This document shows, piece by piece, positions 28,074-39,139 of a DNA stretch of 64,000 nucleotides; the first letter of the stretch is position 1, and the number at the start of each line of letters is the position of its first letter. The notes beneath the pieces are model-generated. The model had not been told where the DNA came from and ran no database searches. It worked only from the letters and a program-made list of their open reading frames with translations. Position numbers and translations under genes: made by a program. Origin of the DNA: a virus; IMG/VR virus record IMGVR_UViG_3300027857_000012, positions 70,002 through 134,001 of that record. The stretch is one strand, 5' to 3'.

Positions 28074-29252
28074 AAAGAAAAAAGAAATTCTGCCATTCCC
28101 AGCAGAATTCGAAGAGAAAGATATTCAGGACGCTGAGAAATCACCGTTCAAAGGTCCTGGTCCATGGCAAGCAATTGAATTAACTGTTCGTGTTGTTGTC
28201 TATGTGCCATCACAAATCGTGTCTGGCACACTCTGGGATGTGCCCAAAACAGCTGAACAAATTGAACTCATGCTTCTTGAGGATGTGTATGTTCGAGAAG
28301 CACAAACAATTGGAGCAATTCGAGTTGTGCAAGAGGTTCGATGATGGGACGTCGATATATTGCGCTGCAATATTCGTTACATATATGCTGTCAACGGCGT
28401 GCATTTCTTCGACTCAATGAGAATGGATATGATCATCATCGACTTCGACCGTATGGATTTGTGAGTGGTAAGTTTCACTATCGACAAATGCATACTCAGC
28501 GGCACCAAACGCGACAAGGAAATGTTTCTTTAAAACTATCAGTGAAAAGGAGTGAACGACAAGCATGGAAACGCATGATCAGGTTGCAACATGGTGGATT
28601 GTGAAACAAGGGGATGGTCGACTTGCTCGATTTTCTGATCTGATTTCTGATTTCACTGATCTTGACATGACAGAAATGGAGGCAATTCTCGTGTGTCAAC
28701 GCGAAGGGATGTCAACTGAAGATGCTTTTGAAGAAGTCCAAATAGCGCTCGATTCAAGCTCATTTCGACTCACTGTTGCTATTCGAATCATTCGGAAAAC
28801 ATACGGTGATCCGCTTGCCAATGATCGGGCATTCAGGACACGCCATGAAGATTCGAATGTTGTTACGTTTGAATTATAATGCACCCCAGAGCACATTTCG
28901 AGGCCTTGAAAGCAAAAGATGTAAGTTCATATAGCACACATTCAAAAACATTATATTCGTCTTCTAAATGCATAGAGAAAAACATGAGTACTAACATATG
29001 AGAGGATAATCAATGTTTGACGAAAAATTCTATCGATTCGGCAATGCACTTGTTTCAACGAGTGGTGTTATCATTCAGTATCATGCAGATGAACAAAACA
29101 GACACTTCTCAGTGCATATTCCACACAATGCGCAAACGCTTCTTTTGTACAAGAATGAATTTCCTGACGAATACGAGCAGTATTATGCACTCCTTCTTTC
29201 ATCACCACGACTCAGCATATTTCTTCATTCAAATGCCAATTTCCGAAAATGA
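28066..29252 (+). CDS. hypothetical genes (28066-28344, 28341-28604, 28565-28879, 29013-29252)
   Basis: coupled ORFs. Confidence 0.5.
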
Positions 29253-29264
29253 AAGGATGTCTCA

Positions 29265-29654
29265 ATGCTTGAAAATGGACTACCACTCAACCAAGCGTTG
29301 TTTTTAAGTCGAGAGAAAACAGCTGTATGGATATGTGCATTATCATCGTCAACATCAAAAGTATACACGACAGAAGAGCATAGTCTCGACACGCTTCGAA
29401 ATGTCCTTCGAACAGAATCGTGTCGTGGATTTTCTCTACATATTAGTGTAGCACAGCAAGATCTGGATATGCTGCAAGGGCAATATAGTCTTAAAATTGC
29501 ATGTCTTGAAAGTATTGGTAATCGTTCTGAAAATGTTGATCTTTTATCATATGGACAGTTCGAAACAATTGTGGATGATGCTGCATACGATGAAATTGGA
29601 GATGCGCTTATGAGTCGAGATATTCCAAGACATGCAGGGTGGTTGCCAAAATGA
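29265..29654 (+). CDS. hypothetical protein, tandem paralogue A
   Basis: GLPLNQALFLSR..TAVWIC...GWLPK. Confidence 0.7.
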   Translation: MLENGLPLNQALFLSREKTAVWICALSSSTSKVYTTEEHSLDTLRNVLRTESCRGFSLHISVAQQDLDMLQGQYSLKIACLESIGNRSENVDLLSYGQFETIVDDAAYDEIGDALMSRDIPRHAGWLPK

Positions 29655-30046
29655 GTTCGATGGTTAAAGGCTTGTCACTCGATCAAGCCATTTTTCTCAG
29701 TCAGAGTAGAACAGCGATATGGATATGTGTTCTTGCTGCTAATTCTGCAGAACCGTATACAGCAGAAGATGATAGCATTGAGAGGATTCGCCTTGCTCTT
29801 AATACACAAGATGCGTATGGTTATGCAATACATATTCTCGCACTGGGAACACCAAATGCCGCGCCCCAAGATGATCGATATAGCGTGTCAATTGCTCGAT
29901 TTACATCGACACTGAGTTGTGCACAAGTGAATCTCAAAACACTTGGTGAATTCACTTCAGTGTTGCATGATGTTGAGTATCTCGCTGTGATTAATACACT
30001 TGGAATTCGACACATCTCGCCTCGAAAAGGATGGCTTCCAAAATGA
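29651..30046 (+). CDS. hypothetical protein, tandem paralogue B
   Basis: GLSLDQAIFLSQ..TAIWIC...GWLPK. Confidence 0.7.
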   Translation: MSSMVKGLSLDQAIFLSQSRTAIWICVLAANSAEPYTAEDDSIERIRLALNTQDAYGYAIHILALGTPNAAPQDDRYSVSIARFTSTLSCAQVNLKTLGEFTSVLHDVEYLAVINTLGIRHISPRKGWLPK

Positions 30047-31023
30047 ATACAGCAATCGTATCGCAAGAAGGTGACCCGATTCTCTATGCAATTGCCATTT
30101 TCATTGACGCCATTCGACAACAAGGTGGAGAGTTTTCGAGAACACCAGACATTTACCTCAATTGCCTGATGGAATTTCGTGACATCTGTCACAGTGCAGG
30201 AATCGATCTCGCACCACCGAAAACACTGTCAGCACAACACGCAGCACAGTATATGACAGCGATTACGATTGCAGCGCAAGGATATGCAGGATCATCAAAA
30301 CGACAAAAACAAGTGTCAAAAGCAACATACAATCAACGACTTTCTGCGCTGAGTAGTTTTTACAATTACGAAACGACGCAGCGACTTCTTGAATGTGGAA
30401 ACCCTATTCTATCAATTAAAAGACCAAAAGGACGCGCCTACTCAGGGTCAGAAGCACTTGACCCTGATAGTGTGATGGATGTGCTAGCCACGATTGATCA
30501 AACAACACTCGTTGGCCTCCGTGATTATGTGTTGCTCTCACTCTTTTTCACGACTGGTCGTCGGTTACGAGAAGTGCAACGGCTCTGTATTGGTGATTTG
30601 ACCGTCACGAAAACACGTGGAATACTGCATTTTCGAACAAAAGGTGGTGATGAAGAGCGAAGCACTGTGTCACCAAAAGTGTTTCCGCTTTTGCTCCAAT
30701 GGCTTGAACGTGCATATGGACCATCGTGGAATCAATGTAAAACAAGTCCAATGTGGATTAGTCTTTCAACACGACATGCTGGGACAAGAACGCAAATTAC
30801 AGCACAATCTGTCGAGCGCATCTTTTTCCAGTATTTCGGCACAAACGCACATAAAGCGCGACATACATTCGCTCGAACGATGATGAAGAGTGGTGCAACA
30901 ATCGATGAAATTCGGAGGATGCTCGGACACAAAAATATCGCAACGACAGGCATCTATCTTGCAGAATTAAGCAAAGAAGACAACCAATATCTTGATCATC
31001 TCGATACTGCGTTTGGCATCTAA
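30043..31023 (+). CDS. tyrosine recombinase/integrase (XerC/D-like)
   Basis: catalytic R (TGRRLRE), K (TKGG), HKAR, LGH and Y; N-terminal TYNQRLSALSSFY. Confidence 0.9.
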   Translation: MNTAIVSQEGDPILYAIAIFIDAIRQQGGEFSRTPDIYLNCLMEFRDICHSAGIDLAPPKTLSAQHAAQYMTAITIAAQGYAGSSKRQKQVSKATYNQRLSALSSFYNYETTQRLLECGNPILSIKRPKGRAYSGSEALDPDSVMDVLATIDQTTLVGLRDYVLLSLFFTTGRRLREVQRLCIGDLTVTKTRGILHFRTKGGDEERSTVSPKVFPLLLQWLERAYGPSWNQCKTSPMWISLSTRHAGTRTQITAQSVERIFFQYFGTNAHKARHTFARTMMKSGATIDEIRRMLGHKNIATTGIYLAELSKEDNQYLDHLDTAFGI

Positions 31024-31066
31024 GAGTCAATGAATGCGTCAAAAGTACATTTTTCCACCATAAAAG

Positions 31067-31096
31067 ATGTACTTTTTTTATTTTTTATGATATAAT
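31067..31096 (+). promoter_or_regulatory. conserved phage promoter motif
   Basis: ATGTACTTTT...TGATATAAT. Confidence 0.75.
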
Positions 31097-31117
31097 ATAT
31101 TCAAGGAGAATACAAAT

Positions 31118-33936
31118 ATGCTTGAACAGATAAAAACGTTTAAAGAGTGGGAAGAACAGAAGAAACATTTGCAAAAACTCGAGGATTTTGTGCTGTACTA
31201 TCGAGTGCATGGGCATGAAATGAGCAATGATCATGCACAATGTGCTTTTGTTCAAAGAGAATTGGACGCCACACTCCAACACATTTCTCAGACAGTAACA
31301 ACGTTTCTTCGAAAAATGCCACCATGTCTCATATTTGCACAGCGTGTGCAAATTGATTCAGGAGGGCAATATATCGTTCCAGGGATGTCTAGTATGTCGA
31401 GAAATGTTGTTGATTCATATCTTATTGCTGCTGAACTTGCAAGATACTGGGGCGATGTGCAGCTGCGTGATCAAGGTGTATCGATGGATCGATATGTTTA
31501 CTTCACAGCACTCGGACCACTGTACCTCCCGGTGCTTGAAGAAGAGGCATTTTTTGAGCACGTCTTGCCAGAACATCGAGTGTTTGTCTATTACCCGTCG
31601 ACACGACAAGCAATATGGACTGTGTATGAATAGAGGTTCGTATGGATGCATTTTTGAAACGACGATTCACGATGGGCATCTTGAAAGTCCACCTTGAAAC
31701 ACTGACGAAAGCAAGAAATCTTCTCTGTGCATCAGCATTGATGCCAGATGAACGTACAATCGCGAAAAATTCTCTTGATACGGCAGCAGGGTGGTTTGCA
31801 CTGCATGATATTCCAATTGGGTGGGTCGATGGTGTTGGGTATAAATTTCTTGATGCTCGAGTATTTGATCGAGTGATTCCAGTCGAACACGAAGCATGGT
31901 TCAATGAATTGAATCGAATTCAGACAAAGTTGAATACACTCATTTTTACTGGTAACGATGATGAACAGGTTCTTATGCTTCGTCGTCGATCAGCGCAACT
32001 TGTTGCGTGGTTGAAACTTGAAAAATACACTGTGCAATCAGCACCAGTACAGCATGCTCGTGCATACATTCTTAAAGGAGTAAGTGAATGAGCTCAAAAC
32101 AAGAGCAGTTTCACACACTTCTTCGTGATTTGAATGCAACACGAAAACAGTATGATGCTGTGCCACCAATCTCGCATCAAGCTCGAAAATATGGTGCAAA
32201 AATGCTTCGATTAGTGACGAAATTGAGGAATCACCATCAAATTGTGTTTGAATTGTACGGGCAGTACTATCTCGAAACAATGCTAGACGAGAAAATACAA
32301 GAGTATCGAACATTATTTCAAACACAATTACTCTCGCTTCGAGAAGTGGCAGTACAATATGCTACAACGCATCATCCTCAAACAGCGCACGTATCAATGC
32401 ACCGATTTGCGTTGCACATACAACGAGAAACTATTTTACACTTTTTCTTCACACATGGAATACACGTGCGAGAAGAACAACCAGGATTTTGGGTATTTAC
32501 GCATCTTGAAGATGATTTGCAGGCTGTGTTGACGCTTATTACGTCACAAACATTGTTTCAAGCAGTTCGTGCACCAAAGGGGCAATCATGAAATCACAAG
32601 ACGTTGTTTTGCTAGAATCGAAGAATTTGTGTCGCCGAATCAATCAATGGATCCGTATTTTGAAAAAATATAACGAGACGCCTCCCATTTTCGAACAAGA
32701 AGATCAAAACTCAAAAGAGAAGATTTATTTTATTGATCGACTTGATACACGTATTGATCATCTCCATCATGCTGTTGTGATCGAGGCCACACTTCGACCG
32801 TTTGCACGGCCAGATTTGCCAGAAACAATCGTGCTGCAATTCGTGCAGCCAGAAGTGCCGTGGAAACCATCAGTGTTGACAGCAATCGTCTTTCGAATCA
32901 TGTCAACACCATTTGCGCATTGGGAACCAGATGAGGAGGATGAAAATGAGAACTCTCTACAAACGGGTTGATGATGTTGTCCCAGGTGACGTTATTCTCT
33001 TATCAGGTGCTGATCTTCGCTTGGTAGATGTGACGCGTCTATTCAAATGCACTGTGTTGAAACATCCAGCATTGCAACCACATTTCACTGTGTTTCTTAC
33101 TATTCAACATGTAGATGGCCAATGCCAATCAACGAGACGACTTCTGCAATCTCGATTTGTTGAAGTGCGAGGAACGCATGTTGCAAGTTTTCTGTGGTGC
33201 AATGTATTGCATATTTGTGTTGGTGATTATGTGAAACTGATTCAATACAACGAACCTGTGCTTGTTACAAAAATCGCAACAACACAAAAGAAAAACTGTA
33301 GCATCACTGTGCAGGGCGAAGAGTGCACAGTTCGACTTGTATTCAGAACTACTGCGCATCTTCGAGTATGGACAGGAGCATTTCATGACGAGACAAAAAC
33401 CAACGTTTCATGAATGGCGAGAAACGGTACATACGCTGCTTGAAACGAGAGACATGCCACTCACAGATGATAATATGCTTTTAAATGTGAGTCGATACAA
33501 TCGTGTGATGCATCAATTGGCACTGAAACCAAAAGCGCGAACACGCTTTAAAGCAGAAACGCGAAAGCAGGAATTTGAAGAGTGGTTTACAACACACGGA
33601 TACGTGCTTGTGTGTATTGATGGTGAATACGTCGCTCAGCGAAAGGAATAAGACATGCGAGGACAAGCGGCAGACGCAAGAGATAAACACGGATCATTTT
33701 CAATTCTTGTTTTGCGACTGAATGCAATCTTACTTGAGTCACAAATGAGTGCAACGATTCCACAGTTTCAGTGGCAAGGTGAGTGGTATGGGGCGCTATG
33801 TATTCGTTTTTGTGATCCTGATATTCAAATTACCACAGATCGAATGCGAAATGGTGAACCAGTTATTCTTCGTGTCTTTAAAAATCACACAGCACTCGGG
33901 AACATTGTAATGCAAATTATGATGTTTGACGCATAG
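31118..33936 (+). CDS. operon of hypothetical genes (31118-31633, 31642-32091, 32088-32591, 32588-32971, 32946-33413, 33385-33651, 33655-33936)
   Basis: RBS-preceded, coupled ORFs. Confidence 0.6.
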
Positions 33937-33959
33937 CATCTTTTTTCATCTCCATTTCG

Positions 33960-33990
33960 AAGCATCGTTTGCATAAACGATGCTCTTTTT
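33960..33990 (+). terminator. intrinsic terminator
   Basis: AGCATCGTTT/AAACGATGCT hairpin plus T tract. Confidence 0.7.
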
Positions 33991-34003
33991 GTGTGTCAAA
34001 ACA

Positions 34004-34033
34004 ATGTACTTTTTCATTGAAATAGTATAAAAT
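34004..34033 (+). promoter_or_regulatory. conserved phage promoter motif
   Basis: ATGTACTTTT...TAAAAT. Confidence 0.65.
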
Positions 34034-34307
34034 ATATTTAAGAGAAACTCGTAGAAAGGAAGCAAAAAGAAACAACAATGAACATGCAATTCAATCCAAT
34101 TTATGACGATGAAAACAATGAGAAACGGTACAATTATGTTGTGCCAGATTCATTTCATAAACAAACAATGTTTTCTTGCTTCAATTTTTGCACATTTTTT
34201 ACGAATTTTGAGTACATATGTTCGAGTGCAGAATGTACAAATGTGTTTGCCTGCACTCTTCTCGCACTGCAATGTGCATTGTTTGATTTTTCATGATGGG
34301 CAAAACA

Positions 34308-34337
34308 ATGTACTTTTGGGTGGCTTTATGTTATAAT
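34308..34337 (+). promoter_or_regulatory. conserved phage promoter motif
   Basis: ATGTACTTTT...TGTTATAAT. Confidence 0.75.
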
Positions 34338-34473
34338 TATTGTAACAGCCTGTCCCCCGCAGGTGAACCCCCCGAAGAACCACACCATCGCCTGTCGTCC
34401 AACAGGCGATGGTTGGTATATGTTTCTGCACCATCTTTGTCCTCGTAGTGCATAACATGTCAATCAGAAAGGT

Positions 34474-35244
34474 ATGAGAGTGTATTCTTCACGAACGACA
34501 GCGCGTGTGACAAAAGATGGTGCAGAGGTGTTTCAGAGGAACCGAACAACAGCTCAAACGCCTATTCCTGCTCGAGCATCAGCTCGACAAAGATCATCAC
34601 AGATTCACGCGTCGAATGCGCAAGCATATTCAAATGTGTTTGATGACACAAATGCACCAGATGCATATCGGTTTGTTCGAACAACAACTGGGAAAGTTCC
34701 TATTCAATCAGCAGAATATCGACAGTCGACACGAAAAGAACTCAAACAATGGCGAGACGAAGACGAACAAATTTACGAAAAAAGCAACAAGGGGTTTTAT
34801 ACACTCTGTGTACTTGCTGGCGTACTTGCTTTTTTCGTGTTGTTCTGGGTTGGGTCAATTGCGATCACATGGAGTACTGATCGATACAATGATATGGCGT
34901 ATGGCTCGACAACACGCGTTGCGCATGTTGATGCATATGTTGGGCATTCTGGTGAAGATGCAACCCACATGACGCATTTCGTGTCGATGAACATGAATGG
35001 AACAGCAGTTGTTATTGAGATTCCTGCACAGGATGCGCAGCACACAAAAGTATATGTCGGCCCACTGATTGGACTTGATGCAGATGCAAAGAAAGTGCCA
35101 GTGACAGTAACGTTTCGAGATGTGAATAGTGATGGAAAACCAGACATGGTCGTCTCATACGGTTCGAATCAATGGGTATTCTACAACAATGGAACACAGT
35201 TTGTGCCAACGGATCCAATGAAAAAGGCAGCACCAACATCGTAA
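34474..35244 (+). CDS. single-TM protein with FG-GAP/VCBS-like Ca-binding motif
   Basis: TM helix; DVNSDGKPDM motif; GAAAGG RBS. Confidence 0.7.
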   Translation: MRVYSSRTTARVTKDGAEVFQRNRTTAQTPIPARASARQRSSQIHASNAQAYSNVFDDTNAPDAYRFVRTTTGKVPIQSAEYRQSTRKELKQWRDEDEQIYEKSNKGFYTLCVLAGVLAFFVLFWVGSIAITWSTDRYNDMAYGSTTRVAHVDAYVGHSGEDATHMTHFVSMNMNGTAVVIEIPAQDAQHTKVYVGPLIGLDADAKKVPVTVTFRDVNSDGKPDMVVSYGSNQWVFYNNGTQFVPTDPMKKAAPTS

Positions 35245-35265
35245 AAAATTCTTCGAGGGGGTCGT

Positions 35266-36687
35266 ATGTTTAAACAATTCAAGACGTACAAGCAGATTGC
35301 GACGTCGTATACAGATGGAGAAGCATTTAAAGCAACACTGCTCGCACACGCACAGAGAATTCTTATTCTTACATCTGGAGTGATTATCTCGCTTGCGTTT
35401 GTGCAGTATATTGTTACTGCGTGGGATAATTCACTCACAATGTGGGGGCAATTGTTTATCGCAATTGTGCCAACAGGTTTGTTAGCGCTCATTATTGAAA
35501 TCGGCGTCATTCTCGGCGCTGCAACAATTCGAGCAAATGTCAAAAATATTCTTGGATGGTCGACACTCGTCCTTGCGACATTGTTTTCAATCATTGGTGA
35601 AGAAATTTTCTTTAACAAGCTGTCAGATGGACAACCGATTGAGATTCACGTTGTTTTTGCAATCATGGGATTGTTTCTGCCCATTTTGCAAATTACATTC
35701 GAACTCAATCGAAACAACATCAAACAATTCATTCGAGATGGTGTAAACAGTGCAGATGTCACAGATTACATTCTTACTCGACAAACAGATTCTGAAATCA
35801 TTGAAACACGGTTTGGTGCTCGACATCAGTCAATGCTTCGTCCAGAAGTTCTTGAGAGAATTAATCAACGATCAGACGCTTATGTGATCAATCGCGTTTC
35901 TGAAGGCGATTGTGTCATCGAAACAACAGCAACACCGGTCCCGAACCCAGAGGACATGTTGCAACAATTTGAAGCAAGAATGACATCTTGGTTTGAGCAG
36001 CAACCAAAACAACTTGAACAGCCAACATTTGATGCGACTGCATTTGCACAAACATTACAAACATCGATTCTTGATGCGACACACACACACCTTCAGGATG
36101 GGTTAACACATTTGAAGGAAGAAATTGCTGCAGAAGTGCAGAAAATGATTCCTGCGCCTTTTGAGCAAAAACGGCAACAGCATCGAGAAGAGACAGTGCA
36201 GATGGCGTACTCAGTACCACCAGTTGAGCATGTGCCTGTTCGTGTGAAAACAAAACCATTACCAGAAACACGTGAAGAGACGGCACTGCCGTCACCAAAA
36301 CCTGAAAAACAAGAAACAAAATCAAAAGTTTCAGACGAGAAAATCGATGATGGGAAGTGGGTTGATGTGATTGTGCTTGATGGAAAAGAGTATCGGTTCA
36401 CAAATTGGAATCCTGATATTGTTGTGAAAGGAATTACATTTACAACACTCTCAAGAGCATATCAAAAAGAAGGATATCCATGGCGAAGTGATCTGGGTGA
36501 TCCGAAAATCACAACAAAATCGCTAAATTGGCTTGTTCGAAAGCGAGCACTGCCAGCACGATACTTTCGGTATGTTAAAACTGGAAAACAAACACTCATT
36601 CTTATTGGTGTTCATGAACAAATTCGTGATGCAATTCTTGCTGCTATCAAAACAGCTGAGGATGCTAGGAAAAAGATTCCATATTAA
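35266..36687 (+). CDS. 4-TM membrane protein with coiled-coil/low-complexity cytoplasmic region
   Basis: four hydrophobic helices at N-terminus; GAGGGGG RBS. Confidence 0.7.
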   Translation: MFKQFKTYKQIATSYTDGEAFKATLLAHAQRILILTSGVIISLAFVQYIVTAWDNSLTMWGQLFIAIVPTGLLALIIEIGVILGAATIRANVKNILGWSTLVLATLFSIIGEEIFFNKLSDGQPIEIHVVFAIMGLFLPILQITFELNRNNIKQFIRDGVNSADVTDYILTRQTDSEIIETRFGARHQSMLRPEVLERINQRSDAYVINRVSEGDCVIETTATPVPNPEDMLQQFEARMTSWFEQQPKQLEQPTFDATAFAQTLQTSILDATHTHLQDGLTHLKEEIAAEVQKMIPAPFEQKRQQHREETVQMAYSVPPVEHVPVRVKTKPLPETREETALPSPKPEKQETKSKVSDEKIDDGKWVDVIVLDGKEYRFTNWNPDIVVKGITFTTLSRAYQKEGYPWRSDLGDPKITTKSLNWLVRKRALPARYFRYVKTGKQTLILIGVHEQIRDAILAAIKTAEDARKKIPY

Positions 36688-36702
36688 GAAAAATCAGCAT
36701 GC

Positions 36703-36732
36703 AGAAGGGGAGTCCATCTCCCCTTCTTTTTT
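36703..36732 (+). terminator. intrinsic terminator
   Basis: AGAAGGGGAG/CTCCCCTTCT plus T tract. Confidence 0.8.
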
Positions 36733-36763
36733 GTGTAAAAGTGAACAAATGTGCATATAAAAT

Positions 36764-36793
36764 ATGTACTTTTCCGTTAAAATAGTGTATAAT
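36764..36793 (+). promoter_or_regulatory. conserved phage promoter motif
   Basis: ATGTACTTTT...TATAAT. Confidence 0.72.
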
Positions 36794-36820
36794 AACAATA
36801 GCACATATAAAGGGTGAAAA

Positions 36821-38623
36821 ATGCAAGAAAAACTCATTGAACCACAGATTCTTATTGATAGGCATAATGCGCTCCTGGCTGTGCTTGCAACGTACACGCC
36901 AGAAAACGAAGTGGATGCTCGAAATAGTGTTCGTCTTGAACTTGCTGTGCAGAAAATCATTGATGAGCTAACTGAACGACGCGTTCCATTTTATGCGCAA
37001 GAAGGAAGAGTGATCCTTGGTCTTCAACCACCATCGATTGAAGAACAGAAAGAGCAACTCAATGCATTAAATCGAGAAATAGCATTTCGACGTTTGCCAG
37101 GATCGAGTCAAAGTGCGCTTCAATCAAGTTCAAAGCGAATAGCAGCACTCCGGGCATGGTTTACGCAATATGCTATTCAACTCTACGCACTGCATGATCA
37201 GTCATACACGATTCTCACACCAATAGAGACACACTTAGCGCTTCTACAAGCTGAATTGCGATCACGTGAGAAAGAATTGGCATCTCGACTCATTCGGATC
37301 CAGCAGTTGGCTGAGGAAACGTTGAGTGATATGCAGAATGAACAGATTACTCTCAATTCGACTGGCGTATTTCAACAGGAACCATTGCTCGCAGATCGCC
37401 TTATCGCAGAATGCGCGATGCTTCGACGTATTATCACACTATTAAAGGGGTTACATGTTTAAGGTTACAATGGCACTCTTGCTTGTCGCGACAATTCAGA
37501 AAGCGAAGAGTGATGCGCATTTTGAGGTTGTTGTGCGGCATGGGCAACAACTGACAATTCCTGAGATACATTATGTTGCACAAATTCGATCTGAACCGAT
37601 TGAACAATTAGCAACACTCTACTATTCAAGGTTACCACCACCAGTGCTGAAATATTTACGAGACGTGTATGAAGAAGAATTTGAGGATGCGCTCTCATTT
37701 GTGCAAGACAGTATTATTGACGCGCAGGATGTGGTTATTCCACTACATCTTGATTTGAAAGAGGAGGAAGCATCATGAGCAATGCACGCCATGTTCGAAA
37801 TAAGAGTCGGCAAGAACCTGCATTTATGCGAGCAATTCGAAATCAAGATCGTCGAGCAAGTCGAATTGCAAAAAAGGAACGACAACGTCTCATTGAGCAA
37901 GATCGTGCACTTGAGATGCTCCGTATACAACACGAATTGTTGATGGAACAGTATCGGGAGTATGTATGAAAATGACACTTCGAACACTTCTTGGATGCGC
38001 AAGTGATAAAGCGCGAAGTGATGCTGCATTTGATGCGTGTTTTCTTCGAAATGATCTCCCAGAGACACTTGAGCATCTTATTCAAGCAACATCTGCTCGA
38101 TTTATGGTCGATCTCGTGCAAAAGACACCAGAACTATCCGAGTCGATTCAAGAGCGAATTTGTCTCGCGTATTGCAATGCGTATCTTGATTGGCTTCCAC
38201 TTGCCATTGATCAAATTCGTCTTCGTATTTCACTTCAAATTCAAGTTGAAAGGGACAAACATGCACCAAGCACCACCAGATCAGATCTCAATTCTGACAT
38301 ATGATGAATACAAAACTGTCTTCGCAGTAAAAGATAAAAACATTATTTTTGTGTTAGTTCAGTTTATTCGCGATATGATGGAAGGGCCAGTATTTTTGAA
38401 TGAGCCATTTGTGCATATGCGTGCAATGGCACTCTCGACCGCATTGTATGATGCATCATGGCGGCGATTTCACCCATATGGTATTCGACCACCCGAATTA
38501 GAACAGCACGCGACATTTGCATTTATGCTCGCTGTCGAACAGTATTCATTTGAATCATCAACACATCAAGGACGGCAATTTCAACGTCCATATACGATGC
38601 ATAAAGGAGAATTACATGTATGA
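36821..38623 (+). CDS. hypothetical genes (36821-37462, 37455-37778, 37775-37969, 37966-38304, 38261-38623)
   Basis: coupled ORFs. Confidence 0.6.
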
Positions 38624-39138
38624 ATGAATTGCACGTACCTCTCGATCCTGCTCGATTTCCATGTCAATCTGATCAACACAACAGAAAGATTGTGACACTT
38701 GTTGGGTCGACAGGGAAAGCACTCCATGCGTTTCGAGATGCAGAGCTGATGTTATGCTGTGCAGGGTTCGCCGTGTTTTCGATTGGATGCAATACAAAAT
38801 CAGATGATGCACTCACACAAGCATCATTATTAACAACATCGAAACAAACACTTGACGCGCTGCACCATGATAAACTTCGACTCTCCCATGTGTGTTATGC
38901 ATTGAATGTGATCGTTGATGGGCATGATTACGTTGGTGCATCGATGGGGCAAGAGATTGCGCTTGCTCGACTCTATGGTCTTGACATTTGGTGGCTGAAT
39001 CGACATGTATGTTCAAATACATGTTCATGCAAACAAGATGTCTCCGCCATTTCTTCAACTCGATTACATTACAATAAATTACCGTATCACCAATATGAAA
39101 TGCAACAGAATTTGACGCATTTCAATGAGGAGCCATAA
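38620..39138 (+). CDS. nucleoside 2-deoxyribosyltransferase-like Rossmann protein
   Basis: IVTLVGST..F..AE..LHHDKLRLS...LN...YVGASM..EIALA. Confidence 0.65.
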   Translation: MNELHVPLDPARFPCQSDQHNRKIVTLVGSTGKALHAFRDAELMLCCAGFAVFSIGCNTKSDDALTQASLLTTSKQTLDALHHDKLRLSHVCYALNVIVDGHDYVGASMGQEIALARLYGLDIWWLNRHVCSNTCSCKQDVSAISSTRLHYNKLPYHQYEMQQNLTHFNEEP

Positions 39139-39139
39139 T

